64,000 nt of DNA, from assembly GCA_963790205.1 (NCBI GenBank), contig CAWBNQ010000003.1, positions 736,001 to 800,000 on the forward strand, in the 5' to 3' direction. Positions 19,431-29,310 of this stretch are shown piece after piece; the stretch's first letter is position 1, and each line of letters starts with the position of its first letter. Below the pieces are notes generated by a model, which did not search any database, was not told the DNA's origin, and was given only the letters and a program-made list of their open reading frames with translations. Origin of the DNA: Nitrospirota bacterium (GTDB lineage Bacteria > Nitrospirota > UBA9217). A program made the position numbers and the translations under genes.

Positions 19431-21232
19431 GTTTTTTTCTTTGTAAAAACAAAAGTGGCGAAAGTATATTTGCAACCGGCATAGGTGAAGTCAGGATTCG
19501 GGCAGTCCCATTGTGGTTCGTCAACAAGCGAGCAATCCTTCAGAAGAGGGAACAGCCTCTCCTTAAAATCCTTTTGAGTATAGAAACGAAAATCTTCACG
19601 AGGTATTGGGTCCCCGGGTCTGTACGTGTCATTATAATCACACGTCACGACCGCTATGCCGCCCGGTGCGAGAAGGTCAACGACCTGGTTGATGAAGAGT
19701 TCATCATTTTTTACATGTTCGATTACTGATGTCGAAAATATAACATCGTAGCTTCCCCTGGCGGTTGTGGGCTTATGAAAGAATGTATTAAGGTCGTAAT
19801 TCAGCACCGGATCGACTTCGTCCATTATGAACCCAAGTTTTTTCAAGCTTGCCGCTGCCGTATCGTCATAACTTCCGACGCACAGCATTTTCGGAGAGGC
19901 AAGCGGGGAGGCGAACGTATAAACGGTGTCCAGTACAAAGGCCTGCTGGATATTGGCTTCGCGAAGCTTATGCGTCATCATGTCGGGAACGATTTCAAAG
20001 AGGGTGTCGGTCGCCGGTTCATATTGGCGCCTTGCAGCGTTGTCTAAAATCCTATTGAACCGTTTTTTGCCAGGAAGGGGCGTGAATGAATATTTTTTGC
20101 GTTGCATTTCAGAAGGCTGATGAACGTCTCCATGAATTTGGGGGATCCATGATTCTGCCTGTTCATCCGGCGGGCCTAACACCCGGTTGCGGATGGCGGA
20201 GAACAGAGGTCTGATGATCGGCAGATTCAATTTGCGGCGGCGGGGACGTCTCACGGTATCGGCAAGTATATTATCGAGGATTCTTTCATAATCCCATATC
20301 AGGTTCTCTTCACACCACTCTTTCCGGTAAGGCAGAAGAGGAGCAAGCCCGTTCTGTACGATTTGCTTCAGTGTCGAATCATTGATGCATATGGAAGGGT
20401 TTGCCGCATAAAGATGCCTGAACATGTTGCTTTTCGAAATCGCGATTGGCCGCTGGACTGCAAGCGCCATATCAATCACACTCGATATCCCCCGGCCTTT
20501 GTTTTCCTCATAGAAAAAAGCATTGATGGTATTTTGAGCGAGGAAATCCAGCAGCTGCTGCCTGCTGAGAAAGTCATGGGTTATGCTGAGTTTTATATGG
20601 GGCTTCACGATCAGACTATTGCACCGCTCCGATATTGCGCGAGCTTCGCTGCCGGTCGCGTCTCCAAAGGCCGCATAAGGGATATGGAGGCGTATCCGAG
20701 CTTCGTCATATTCCTGTTGCACGACGGAAATGAGGCGTTCGAACCCCTTACCTTTTGTCCCGAAACCAAAACTGCCGATGGTCGGCACAACGGGTTGCGG
20801 GAAGATATTATTGTATTCCGGAACGAGTCGGCCCGTTTTGAATACGATGGGATTTTTCAACAGGAGCGTCGGGTCCGGTGCAATATGAAACTGAAAAAAT
20901 GAGTCGTCCGCTAAGTCCGCGGCCTGCTGGGATACTTCATGCATGATTCCAATACGCGGGACTTTGATCCGCCGCATGATATTTTTTTTCAACCAGGGCA
21001 TTGTGGACGGGTAGTAATTGAAAATAATCGCGGCTGGATTCTCTCGCGCCGTTATCGCAAAGAGATCATCGGGGCCAGAGCACTCCGCATAGACAAAAGC
21101 ATAGCGGGCAGATTTTTTCACGGCTTCGCAGATGTTCAGTCCATACTCATGAACACCGCACAATTGTTGTTTGTGCGAGAGTATGAGTATCTTTGTTCGT
21201 TCAGTATTGTTTATTGTCGATTCATTTGCCAT
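19427..21232 (-). CDS. Fusion of a glycosyltransferase-like N-terminal domain and a C-terminal SAM methyltransferase domain
   Basis: CGVHEYG, FGFGTKGKG and SSVIDMALAV at the N-terminus; YDVIFSTSVIEHV and LAPGG at the C-terminus. Confidence 0.7.
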   Translation of the reverse strand: MANESTINNTERTKILILSHKQQLCGVHEYGLNICEAVKKSARYAFVYAECSGPDDLFAITARENPAAIIFNYYPSTMPWLKKNIMRRIKVPRIGIMHEVSQQAADLADDSFFQFHIAPDPTLLLKNPIVFKTGRLVPEYNNIFPQPVVPTIGSFGFGTKGKGFERLISVVQQEYDEARIRLHIPYAAFGDATGSEARAISERCNSLIVKPHIKLSITHDFLSRQQLLDFLAQNTINAFFYEENKGRGISSVIDMALAVQRPIAISKSNMFRHLYAANPSICINDSTLKQIVQNGLAPLLPYRKEWCEENLIWDYERILDNILADTVRRPRRRKLNLPIIRPLFSAIRNRVLGPPDEQAESWIPQIHGDVHQPSEMQRKKYSFTPLPGKKRFNRILDNAARRQYEPATDTLFEIVPDMMTHKLREANIQQAFVLDTVYTFASPLASPKMLCVGSYDDTAAASLKKLGFIMDEVDPVLNYDLNTFFHKPTTARGSYDVIFSTSVIEHVKNDELFINQVVDLLAPGGIAVVTCDYNDTYRPGDPIPREDFRFYTQKDFKERLFPLLKDCSLVDEPQWDCPNPDFTYAGCKYTFATFVFTKKKT

Positions 21233-21336
21233 AGAGCGACTGTCCTCATTAATTTATTGCGATTTCGATTGCAGGCAGGAGGAATGTAGGCCAGAATTCC
21301 TATTCCTTATCCCCCCATCGCGCACATCCCGCCGTA

Positions 21337-22575
21337 CTATATGATCTCGATCTCCGGAAACGGGAATATCATTTTACCACCATTCGCCAGGTACTCTTTT
21401 TCGCGTCGAAGGATTCCATCTTTAAAGTGCCAGGGAAGTACGAAGAAGTAATCCGGTTTCATTGCCCGCGCTTCTTGTTCAGAGATAATCGGGATATGAG
21501 TGCCGGGTGTAAAGCATCCGAATTTTTCGGTATTCACTTCCGCGATGGCCGGGATATCTTTGCTCGTCAGGCCGCAGAACTGAAGAACGACATTCCCTTT
21601 CGTCGACGCGCCATAGCCGAGGATCTTTTTCCCATCTGCATTCAATGCGCGGATCAGCCTCGTCAGGTCGTCTCTATGACGGAAAACGCGCTCCTCAAAA
21701 TCACGGTAGGGGCGGGGAGTATTCAGTCCCATCCTGTTCTCCTGGTCAAGCAACCAGTTGATGACGGCGGAATTTTGAACAATGCTGCGATTGCCTGCCT
21801 TCGCAGCAGTTACGGCGAAGCTGCCTCCGTTTACCGCGTTCATCATGACGTCTACGATTTTGAGTCCCGCTTTATCCAGAATATTTTTTACCACGCCCAA
21901 CGAGTAGTACTCAAGATGTTCATGACATATCGTATCGTAAGCGTTCATTCGCAGCATGGAGGGCATATAACTTTGCTCAAAGTGCCATATTCCGTCATCA
22001 GCAAGAATCGATTCTATCTGCCTGGCAAATGCGACCGGCGAGTCAAGATCGTAGAACATCGCTATGGAAGTAACGATTTTTGCCGGACGCGGTTCTGCGG
22101 CATGATAGATGTCAGCCGTAAAGAAATCCGGGACCAGTTTTATATTCTCCGTATAGTATTGGGCGAATTTTCTCCCCGTAGGATCAATGCCGATCAACTG
22201 GATTCCCTTGACAGAATACGCTTTCAGCGTGGTTGCGTCATTGCTTCCGATGTCCAGCACCACTTCACCCGGTTTCAGCATAGCCAGCCGTTCAAGGAAA
22301 CGGATCTTCTCAGTCAGGTGGTTGACCATCGATTGATTCAGCCCTGAACGGTATCCGTAATTCTGTCCGTACATTTCAGACGGATCATAGGAGTGGCGGA
22401 GTTGCAGCAGGCCGCCGTCGGGGCACCAGACGAGTTCAAGAGGGCCGGAGGTGATTCGTTCGGATGTACTTTTCGGGAATACTCCGGTCAAGACCTGATG
22501 CCCGAGATTAAGGACCGAGACCAGGTTGGTACTGTCGCTCACACGGCATCTTTCGATTTCTTTGTACGCAGTCAT
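21337..22575 (-). CDS. NDP-hexose C-methyltransferase family protein
   Basis: YGYRSG, DIGSNDA, YDTICHEHLEYY, NGGS, GYGASTKGN and LPWHF motifs; RBS AGGAGG. Confidence 0.88.
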   Translation of the reverse strand: MTAYKEIERCRVSDSTNLVSVLNLGHQVLTGVFPKSTSERITSGPLELVWCPDGGLLQLRHSYDPSEMYGQNYGYRSGLNQSMVNHLTEKIRFLERLAMLKPGEVVLDIGSNDATTLKAYSVKGIQLIGIDPTGRKFAQYYTENIKLVPDFFTADIYHAAEPRPAKIVTSIAMFYDLDSPVAFARQIESILADDGIWHFEQSYMPSMLRMNAYDTICHEHLEYYSLGVVKNILDKAGLKIVDVMMNAVNGGSFAVTAAKAGNRSIVQNSAVINWLLDQENRMGLNTPRPYRDFEERVFRHRDDLTRLIRALNADGKKILGYGASTKGNVVLQFCGLTSKDIPAIAEVNTEKFGCFTPGTHIPIISEQEARAMKPDYFFVLPWHFKDGILRREKEYLANGGKMIFPFPEIEII

Positions 22576-22700
22576 GAACATTTCCTCCTGAATCGCAATC
22601 GTACCGAGCAGCACGCGCGATATGCAATATTATACAATCAACATTATGGTAGCCTCAAGCATAACTTAACGCGGGTACTCGTTTTATCGCCGCGCAAATA

Positions 22701-23747
22701 TTATGAAGGCCGCGCTATCAGGTCGAGCTGCATCTTGTCGTTCTGGAGCGCACTCCAGAATTTCATGATTGCAGCTGGATCTTCCGCCATCTTCACACGA
22801 CCCGAGGATTCGATGATCGAAAGCCGGTATCCTATCGCTGCAAGCTGGTCCAAATAATCCTGCGGAGGCAGACCGCAGCGGTGCTCGATGTGCCAGGGGC
22901 TGAATTCGGTGACAAGAACAGGCTTGTGTTTCTCGATAATCTTCAACATGCCGCGTAACGCAAACGGCTCAAACCCCTCTATGTCCATCTTGAAGGCGTC
23001 TATTCGAGGCACACTGAGCAGAATTTCGTCGAGGACCACAGACTGGATGTACTGCACCCCCATCTGACCTGGCGTCGGAGCTTCCAGAAATCCGTTCGAG
23101 CCGAAGGACTGAAGCCTGTGGATCTGAGCTGAATGGGAGGCCGCAACCGGAAACACGACGATGTTTTTCATGTCGTTTTCGACGATACTGGCGTAGAGCA
23201 ATCCAAGATTGCGGGCATTCGGTTCGAAGGAGATGACCTTGCCGGTCGGGCCTACAATGGTCGCGGCCATCAGGGAGAAATATCCGATGTTGGCGCCCAG
23301 ATCAACGAATACACTTCCAGTCTTTAGGACATCTTTCAGAACAGAGGCTATGTGTGGCTCAAAACTCTGCGACTGAATGATCTGTGTGCCCACGTCAAGG
23401 TCGCTGGAGCGGCAGTACAACTTGAATGTCGGTAGATTGACTAGGACGATATCTTTACGGCTTCTGAGCTGATCATACTCGTAACTTGCCTTGAGCGAAT
23501 TTTCCACCTGCCGGATGGATGTGCCGGCGCCCAAGAAAAAGTTCCAATGCATCAGTTCGTCCTTATTAGGCTCGCGATCTATAACGCGACGGTAAACATC
23601 GGCGATCTTTGCATCATAGGCAGAAGGGGACAAGGCGGTCCATGCTTTGACCTTTCCATAGAATATACGCAGAAGATCGAGGAACAGGTTGTGTCGGACT
23701 TCTTTTACCATAGAGAGACTCCTTTTCCAAGACATTTGTGAGAGCAA
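22701..23747 (-). CDS. FkbM family methyltransferase with an N-terminal DUF4214-like segment
   Basis: FVDLGANIGYFS, FEP and KMDIEGFE motifs; YRRVIDREP N-terminal motif. Confidence 0.85.
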   Translation of the reverse strand: MLSQMSWKRSLSMVKEVRHNLFLDLLRIFYGKVKAWTALSPSAYDAKIADVYRRVIDREPNKDELMHWNFFLGAGTSIRQVENSLKASYEYDQLRSRKDIVLVNLPTFKLYCRSSDLDVGTQIIQSQSFEPHIASVLKDVLKTGSVFVDLGANIGYFSLMAATIVGPTGKVISFEPNARNLGLLYASIVENDMKNIVVFPVAASHSAQIHRLQSFGSNGFLEAPTPGQMGVQYIQSVVLDEILLSVPRIDAFKMDIEGFEPFALRGMLKIIEKHKPVLVTEFSPWHIEHRCGLPPQDYLDQLAAIGYRLSIIESSGRVKMAEDPAAIMKFWSALQNDKMQLDLIARPS

Positions 23748-23751
23748 TAGC

Positions 23752-24636
23752 TTAGTTGGCTATCGGAGTAAAAATATAATTAATGACGCCGGAGTCGCAA
23801 CGCCCCGATTGGATCCATCGCTTAATATCCCCGCTTTGGATAAGTTTATTCTGACGATCAGCGGTGCGGACTTCATAGCCATGTTCCCAAAACATCTTGA
23901 AAGTAGCTGCATAATTCGGGTTGAGGCCGCTCGGATGAAACTCGTTCAAACAAATCTCGATTATCCAGGTGGGCCGCGGGGTCATTTCCATTGTTTTCAA
24001 TGCACCCTGTAAAACTGGATATTCAAATCCTTCCACGTCGATTTTAATGAACATCTTCTTCCCGGCAAAACGTTCGCCCCGTATAATATCGAGCGTAGAT
24101 AAAGAGATGACGCGCCTGAACCGTTTAGAAGCCCCCGCCCAATTACCGATGAGGGAGGCACCTGTGCTTGACGCGCCGTATAGTACGGCAAGACCAGGGT
24201 GATCGCTTAACCCAACAGGGAAGACCTCGACATCCTTCCAATTATTCTCGATCAAGTTGCTATATAAATGGTTTAAATTATTTGGTAACGGTTCAATTGC
24301 GATTACTTGTTTCCCTAATGACCGGGCAAGGCAGGAGTAGAAGCCAATGTTCGCACCCACGTCGATAAACACATCGGATTGACTCAAGTGCTGTCTTATG
24401 AGCGCAGTTTCTTCCTCTTCAAAAGTTCCCTTCTGCATGCCGAGATGATGTGTCGAGCTGCTGCCCCGCAACTTGAAGCCATACGGTGTGTCCACCGCTT
24501 TTAGCGAGCCGCGCAAATACGAATCGCGTATATCACGCAGTTCATTTGTCGCATTATATTTTAGTTTGTGGACGGCTTCGTACAAAGCGACCACTGATGG
24601 ATAGCGTTTCAAATAGGATTTCAATTGATTAAACAT
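23752..24636 (-). CDS. FkbM family methyltransferase
   Basis: FIDVGANIGFYS, IEP and KIDVEGFE motifs. Confidence 0.9.
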   Translation of the reverse strand: MFNQLKSYLKRYPSVVALYEAVHKLKYNATNELRDIRDSYLRGSLKAVDTPYGFKLRGSSSTHHLGMQKGTFEEEETALIRQHLSQSDVFIDVGANIGFYSCLARSLGKQVIAIEPLPNNLNHLYSNLIENNWKDVEVFPVGLSDHPGLAVLYGASSTGASLIGNWAGASKRFRRVISLSTLDIIRGERFAGKKMFIKIDVEGFEYPVLQGALKTMEMTPRPTWIIEICLNEFHPSGLNPNYAATFKMFWEHGYEVRTADRQNKLIQSGDIKRWIQSGRCDSGVINYIFTPIAN

Positions 24637-26140
24637 GTATAACCCTTGTTTTTATTTGTAATAACATCCATGCTCTCATGTGTGGCGCTACTAGTGCCGA
24701 CGCCATAAGCGTACTGAGTAATATGACGGTCAAGCTGATGATCGCTGTTACCGGAGGCATCGGGCTGGCAATCAACCAACGTCCGGCTCCGCCAACCAGG
24801 AGAGCCGCCCCCAAAGGCGGAATGATATCTTGGACGAACCAGCGACCCATTTCGCCTTTCAATAGACGGCGGTGCGTGAATGGAATGCCGATCAGCATGT
24901 AGATACCGTTTAGTACTACCCATACAGCAGCCGCTCCCACGGCGCCATAGCGTGTCGCCATAAAATAAATCGCTGGTACAAGGGTGATGATCAAGAACGT
25001 GTTGATGCGCAGCCCTATACTGGTCCATCCATGTGATAATTGCAGTGCATAGGGCATGGCCATGAGACAGTTCAATGCCATCCCGAGCACGAGGAGACTG
25101 ACAATGGGAGACGCAGCATCTGCTGTTTTTACACTGCCGGTCCACAAAAGAAGGATGTCAAAAGAAAAGAACGCCAATACTGCAGCGGCGGGCAGGACAA
25201 GAGTGGCAATCAACTGCGAACCCTGATGGTACAAAAGCTTGAGTGCCGTGTCGTCATTCACTGCTGCGAGTGAAGTGAAACGTGGGAAAATGGCGTTGAA
25301 GACCGGACCGCCGAGCAGAAGCGGAATTACATTGCTCGCCACTCCTGCAAGGGTGTAATAGCCGAACATTTCCAGACTAAGCAGCCTGCTCAAAATAACC
25401 TTGTCAAGCTGCATCAGAATAATTGAAGAAATTGCTATTCCACTCAGGCCGGCGGCGAATCTCCAAATATTGCGCAGCAGGTTCGGGTTGAAGACCGGGG
25501 GACGATCGGCAGGAGGCAGGCTGCGCCAAAGTGCAGCCGTGTAGAAGGCTACCATGAGAGCGCTTACAAAAATTTGCCACGTGAAAAAAGCGGTGATGGT
25601 TGGAGAAACTTTCCAGAGTATGAGTACGGCCCCGACACTGCTGAGCGTGTACATGCCGATCTTAATGCTGTTGGACAGCACCTGTTTCTGCAATCCCATG
25701 AGGCCGCCGTCATAAAAACTGAGCGGCCACTGGAATGCAGACACCACGCCCATGATCATGACGGCCTGCTGTATTGTTTTAACAGGTATCGCACCCGCTT
25801 TGATCCAGTCCCGGGCAATGAACGGCGCAGCGATCAGCACGCAAACACCAATTACGAGCCCGATCGCCCAGTACCCGAATTCCAAGGTTCTCACAAAGTC
25901 ACGCGCTTCACCGGCTTTTTCCGGCAACGTCGAGTAGCGGGCCATCTCCCGGTTCATCGTCTGGCTCAGACCCAGGTCGAGGATCTGGAACGACGCCTGC
26001 AGCATGGCAAAGAACCCGATCAGGCCATAGGCCTCGATGCCGAGAAATTTGATATACAGCGGAACGAATGCCAGGGCCATCAGGGCTGCCCAGCCTTGGC
26101 CCGCGAAATTAGCGATGATATTGCGTTTAAGAAGGCTCAT
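24629..26140 (-). CDS. wzx: Oligosaccharide flippase (Wzx family)
   Basis: LKRNIIANFAGQ, LGIEAYG, DLGLS and QLDKVILSRLL..EMFGYY motifs; about 12-14 TM helices. Confidence 0.88.
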   Translation of the reverse strand: MSLLKRNIIANFAGQGWAALMALAFVPLYIKFLGIEAYGLIGFFAMLQASFQILDLGLSQTMNREMARYSTLPEKAGEARDFVRTLEFGYWAIGLVIGVCVLIAAPFIARDWIKAGAIPVKTIQQAVMIMGVVSAFQWPLSFYDGGLMGLQKQVLSNSIKIGMYTLSSVGAVLILWKVSPTITAFFTWQIFVSALMVAFYTAALWRSLPPADRPPVFNPNLLRNIWRFAAGLSGIAISSIILMQLDKVILSRLLSLEMFGYYTLAGVASNVIPLLLGGPVFNAIFPRFTSLAAVNDDTALKLLYHQGSQLIATLVLPAAAVLAFFSFDILLLWTGSVKTADAASPIVSLLVLGMALNCLMAMPYALQLSHGWTSIGLRINTFLIITLVPAIYFMATRYGAVGAAAVWVVLNGIYMLIGIPFTHRRLLKGEMGRWFVQDIIPPLGAALLVGGAGRWLIASPMPPVTAIISLTVILLSTLMASALVAPHMRAWMLLQIKTRVIHV

Positions 26141-26143
26141 TCA

Positions 26144-26761
26144 TCATCCCCGGATCTTGAAGACCGTCCGGATATTTTTTTCTTCTATCCCCTGGGAGAG
26201 CAGCGTTTGGCGCATGGCTTCCCGTTTCAGATAGGACGTGACCACGATGCTGTCGTATTTTATTTTCTGCAGTCCGCTTAAGGGGGTTATCATCCGGCCA
26301 AAGAACATCTCTCCCGCCTTGTCCGGGTCCACGACCTCCACAAGCTTCAAATTCGTTTCCTGCAGCGTAATGTACGCGATCTCCGCCACTTCATCCGCCC
26401 CGGCAAATACGATCCTTTTCACGCCGTTCGTCTGCAGCTCGTGGAACAGCTGCGTGAAGTTTCTGCGCGCCTCGCGGTAGATCCTCGTATAATCATGAAG
26501 GAGATCGTAGGTGAGCTTCGTCTTTTCGGCAAAGCCCTTGGGAGTAAGATAGTACGCGAAGCGTTTCGTGGGGATCGCTTTGACGGTAAGATAGCCTTTT
26601 GCGACGAGGTTTTTTATGTAGGAATTGACCAGGCCCAACGCGATGCCCAGGCGGTCGCTCAGGTCCCGCTGGGTGAGCGAGTCGTTGTTCGAGAGCTCGT
26701 CCAGGATCTGCAGCGACCGGTAATGTTCGGTCCCGGGAGGGGATGGGCGTTCGGCGTTCAT
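26144..26761 (-). CDS. Winged-helix (MarR-like, EPS-cluster-associated) transcriptional regulator
   Basis: LTQRDLSDRLGIALGLVNSYIK and YYLTPKGFAEKTKL motifs; Rossmann-like C-terminus; heads the glycan cluster. Confidence 0.85.
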   Translation of the reverse strand: MNAERPSPPGTEHYRSLQILDELSNNDSLTQRDLSDRLGIALGLVNSYIKNLVAKGYLTVKAIPTKRFAYYLTPKGFAEKTKLTYDLLHDYTRIYREARRNFTQLFHELQTNGVKRIVFAGADEVAEIAYITLQETNLKLVEVVDPDKAGEMFFGRMITPLSGLQKIKYDSIVVTSYLKREAMRQTLLSQGIEEKNIRTVFKIRG

Positions 26762-26887
26762 AAAGTGAACATACCATGAATCCCGTTGTTAAGTCAACAG
26801 TAACTTTCGTTGAACCTTCTTTACACTGTCCGCGTATGATGTTATAGTGCTCTCAAGCGGAACAGAGAAAACCAAAGAGGCAAGTAT

Positions 26888-27020
26888 GATGAACTCGCAA
26901 TAAGTCAGGACTAGCCACAAAATGCACAAAGAGCACAAAGGTAAAACCTTGAAACCCCAAAGAACTTTTCTGAGCTTTTTGTGACTTTTGTGGCTAAAAA
27001 AGACTTTTTACGAATCTATC
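26888..27020. mobile_element. MITE with ~19-bp imperfect terminal inverted repeats and a 6-bp target-site duplication
   Basis: AAGTAT|GATGAACTCGCAATAAGTC...GACTTTTTACGAATCTATC|AAGTAT; internal nonamer hairpin TAGCCACAAA...TTTGTGGCTA. Confidence 0.8.
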
Positions 27021-27034
27021 AAGTATGAAACCAC

Positions 27035-27120
27035 ACCCTGCACTCGCGCTGAGCATGGCCTGTATTCGCGCAGTGCACTCATAAGCACTGGCCACAGGCT
27101 CGTGAACGCTGGGCGCAGGC
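27035..27120. mobile_element. Hairpin cassette ACCCTGCACTCGCG...AACGCTGGGCGCAGGC (second copy)
   Basis: Same ends as the cassette at 5469-5510; interrupts ACCAC|AGAG of the host repeat. Confidence 0.75.
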
Positions 27121-27261
27121 AGAGAGCGCAGAGAAAAAAAGGAAGTCACAATCTCTGTGTTCTCGTGGTTTAAATGACAAGACAAAACAAGCGGAGCGGG
27201 TAATTCAAGGCCTTCTCTGCGTGCTCTGTGGTTAATTCTTGACTTTACGAACGGGAATATC

Positions 27262-28250
27262 ATGACGAACACTGAGCGGGCTCCTCATGAGCCGAAGATA
27301 GCGCTGGCCCTGGGCGGCGGCGCGGCGAGAGGCCTGGCGCACCTGGGCATTCTCAAGGTCTTCGAGGACGCGCGGGTCCCCTTCGACATGATCGTCGGAA
27401 CGAGCCTGGGCGCGTTGATCGGCGGCTCCTATGCGTCGCAGCCCGATGCCGCGTACTGGATGGGGAGGGTGGAGCAGTATCTTCGCAGCTTCCGGTCCAG
27501 GAAGACCCGCCTCGAGTTCATCCGCAGGCTCGAGGACCCCGATGCGCGGAACCACGGTTTTTTCAGCGACATGGCGAACCTGATCCGCAAAGGCTACTTC
27601 TGGGGAGTCACCGCCACCAAGCCCGCGTTCATTTCCGAAAAAGAGTACGAAGAGTTCATCTACCCCCTGATCCCCGATATCAATATAGAAGACACCAAGA
27701 TACCCTTCGCCTGCGTGGCCACGGACATCCGGAACGGCAAGCGGGTCGTCTACAAGAGCGGCCCTCTCCGCCGCGCGGTCAGCGGCAGCTGCGCCCTGCC
27801 GGGCATCTTCCCTCCGGTGGCGGACGGCGACATGCTGCTCGTGGACGGCGGCTGGGTGGAGCGCGTGCCCGTGCGCTGCGCCAAGGACATGGGCGCCGAC
27901 ATCATCATTGCCGTGGACGTTTCGAGCGAGATCGGCAGGTTCGAGGACAAGTTCGGGCTCGACGTGGTGCTCCGCGCGGACGCGGTGTCCCGGATCTACC
28001 TGAACGAGCTCCTCGTCCAGGAGGCCGACGTGTCGATCCATCCCGCGGTCGGGGACACGCACTGGGCCGATTTCAGCAACCCCCGGGAGCTCTACCGCCA
28101 GGGAGAGGTCGCGGCGCTCGAAAAGCTCGTCACCATCCGGACCGTGATCCACCGGTCCGCCGTCTCCCCGGCCCCGCAGAAAACGCTCGTCGACCAGATC
28201 AAGGACATCAAGGACAAGATCATCGAAAAGGTCGTGGGCGGGAAGCAGTA
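27262..28250 (+). CDS. Patatin-like phospholipase
   Basis: GGGAARG, GTSLG and DGG motifs. Confidence 0.92.
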
Positions 28251-28260
28251 GGACGTGACG

Positions 28261-28333
28261 GTAAGAAGTAAGAAGTAAGAAGTAGGAAGTAGGAAGTAGG
28301 AAGTAGGAAGTAGGAAGTAGGAAGTAGGAAGTA
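28261..28333 (+). repeat. Heptamer tandem repeat (GTAAGAA)3(GTAGGAA)7
   Basis: Read directly from the sequence. Confidence 0.95.
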
Positions 28334-28336
28334 AAA

Positions 28337-29310
28337 CCCCTGCGCCGGGTAGCTCTGACGCGAAAGCCGTGCTCAAGCATGCCCTCGATAATGAAACAAA
28401 AAGATAACAGCCGGCTTGCACGTGCGTAGCGAAAGTGCATCTGGACCGCTGAATAATGTTATAAAACCAACTTGCTCACCGGCATGCAGCACGGCTAAGC
28501 GATGAGCTGCAGAAAAAAAATAAGGATCTTGAACCCGGAACGTTTCTCCGAAGTTCATGATCCTTTTTTTCGTCGCCTTTCTTGCGTGCCCAAGAAAGGC
28601 GACCCAAAGAAGGGCACCCGGCAAAAATTCTTTACGGCATGCCCGGTCGTCCTCAGTACATTTCGGAAACTCGCCCTTCGGGCTCAGACATCCGAAATGC
28701 TTTACCCTCGGACTCGGTCGCCTGCCTGAATTTTTGCATGGGGTTCTTGATTCCCGTCTCGCGATCCTAAGCGGGATGGTACGACAATGGGTCTCAGTAT
28801 TACCTCTGATCGCGTCTCGGCATAAAGACTCAAAGCTTTGCTTTGCCCCTGCGCCGGGTAGCTCTGACGCGAAAGCCGTGCTCAGGCATGCCCTCGAAAT
28901 GAAACAAAAAGAGAACATCGGGCCAGCACGTGCGCAGCGAAAGTGCATCCGGACCGCTGAATAATGTTATAAAACCAAGTTGCTCCCTGGCATGCAGCAC
29001 GGCTAAGCGATGAGCTGCCCAAAAAAAACAAGGATCGTGACCATCCATGATGTCCGTGATCCTTTGTTTTTTTCTGCACCGCCGCTCACAGCTCCGCGCA
29101 GACATGCCAGGATGTCTTCTATTTAACGTGTCGATATGCAATCCATGCGCGCTTACGCTGCGCACACGCAGCACGCGCATGCATGATCTGTGGTTCGTCG
29201 GGCTCTCTGCCGGGCATGTAAAGCGCGGACCTGTTCACGGGATGCAGGGGCCTCTGGAAAAGCAAAGATCCAAACGACCTGCTTTTGAATCTTTACCCCA
29301 CCCCTGCACG
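28337..29310. repeat. Modular array of long hairpins, including a ~190-bp direct repeat (28337-28528 and 28846-29036)
   Basis: Two near-identical CCCCTGCGCCGGGTAGCTC...GCGATGAGCTGC units, each self-complementary; modules shared with 35088-35430. Confidence 0.85.

Noticed and set aside
28261..29036. CRISPR array suggested by repeated units
   Set aside because: The repeats are spacerless 7-mers or two ~190-bp units; there is no 25-40-bp repeat/unique spacer pattern and no cas genes
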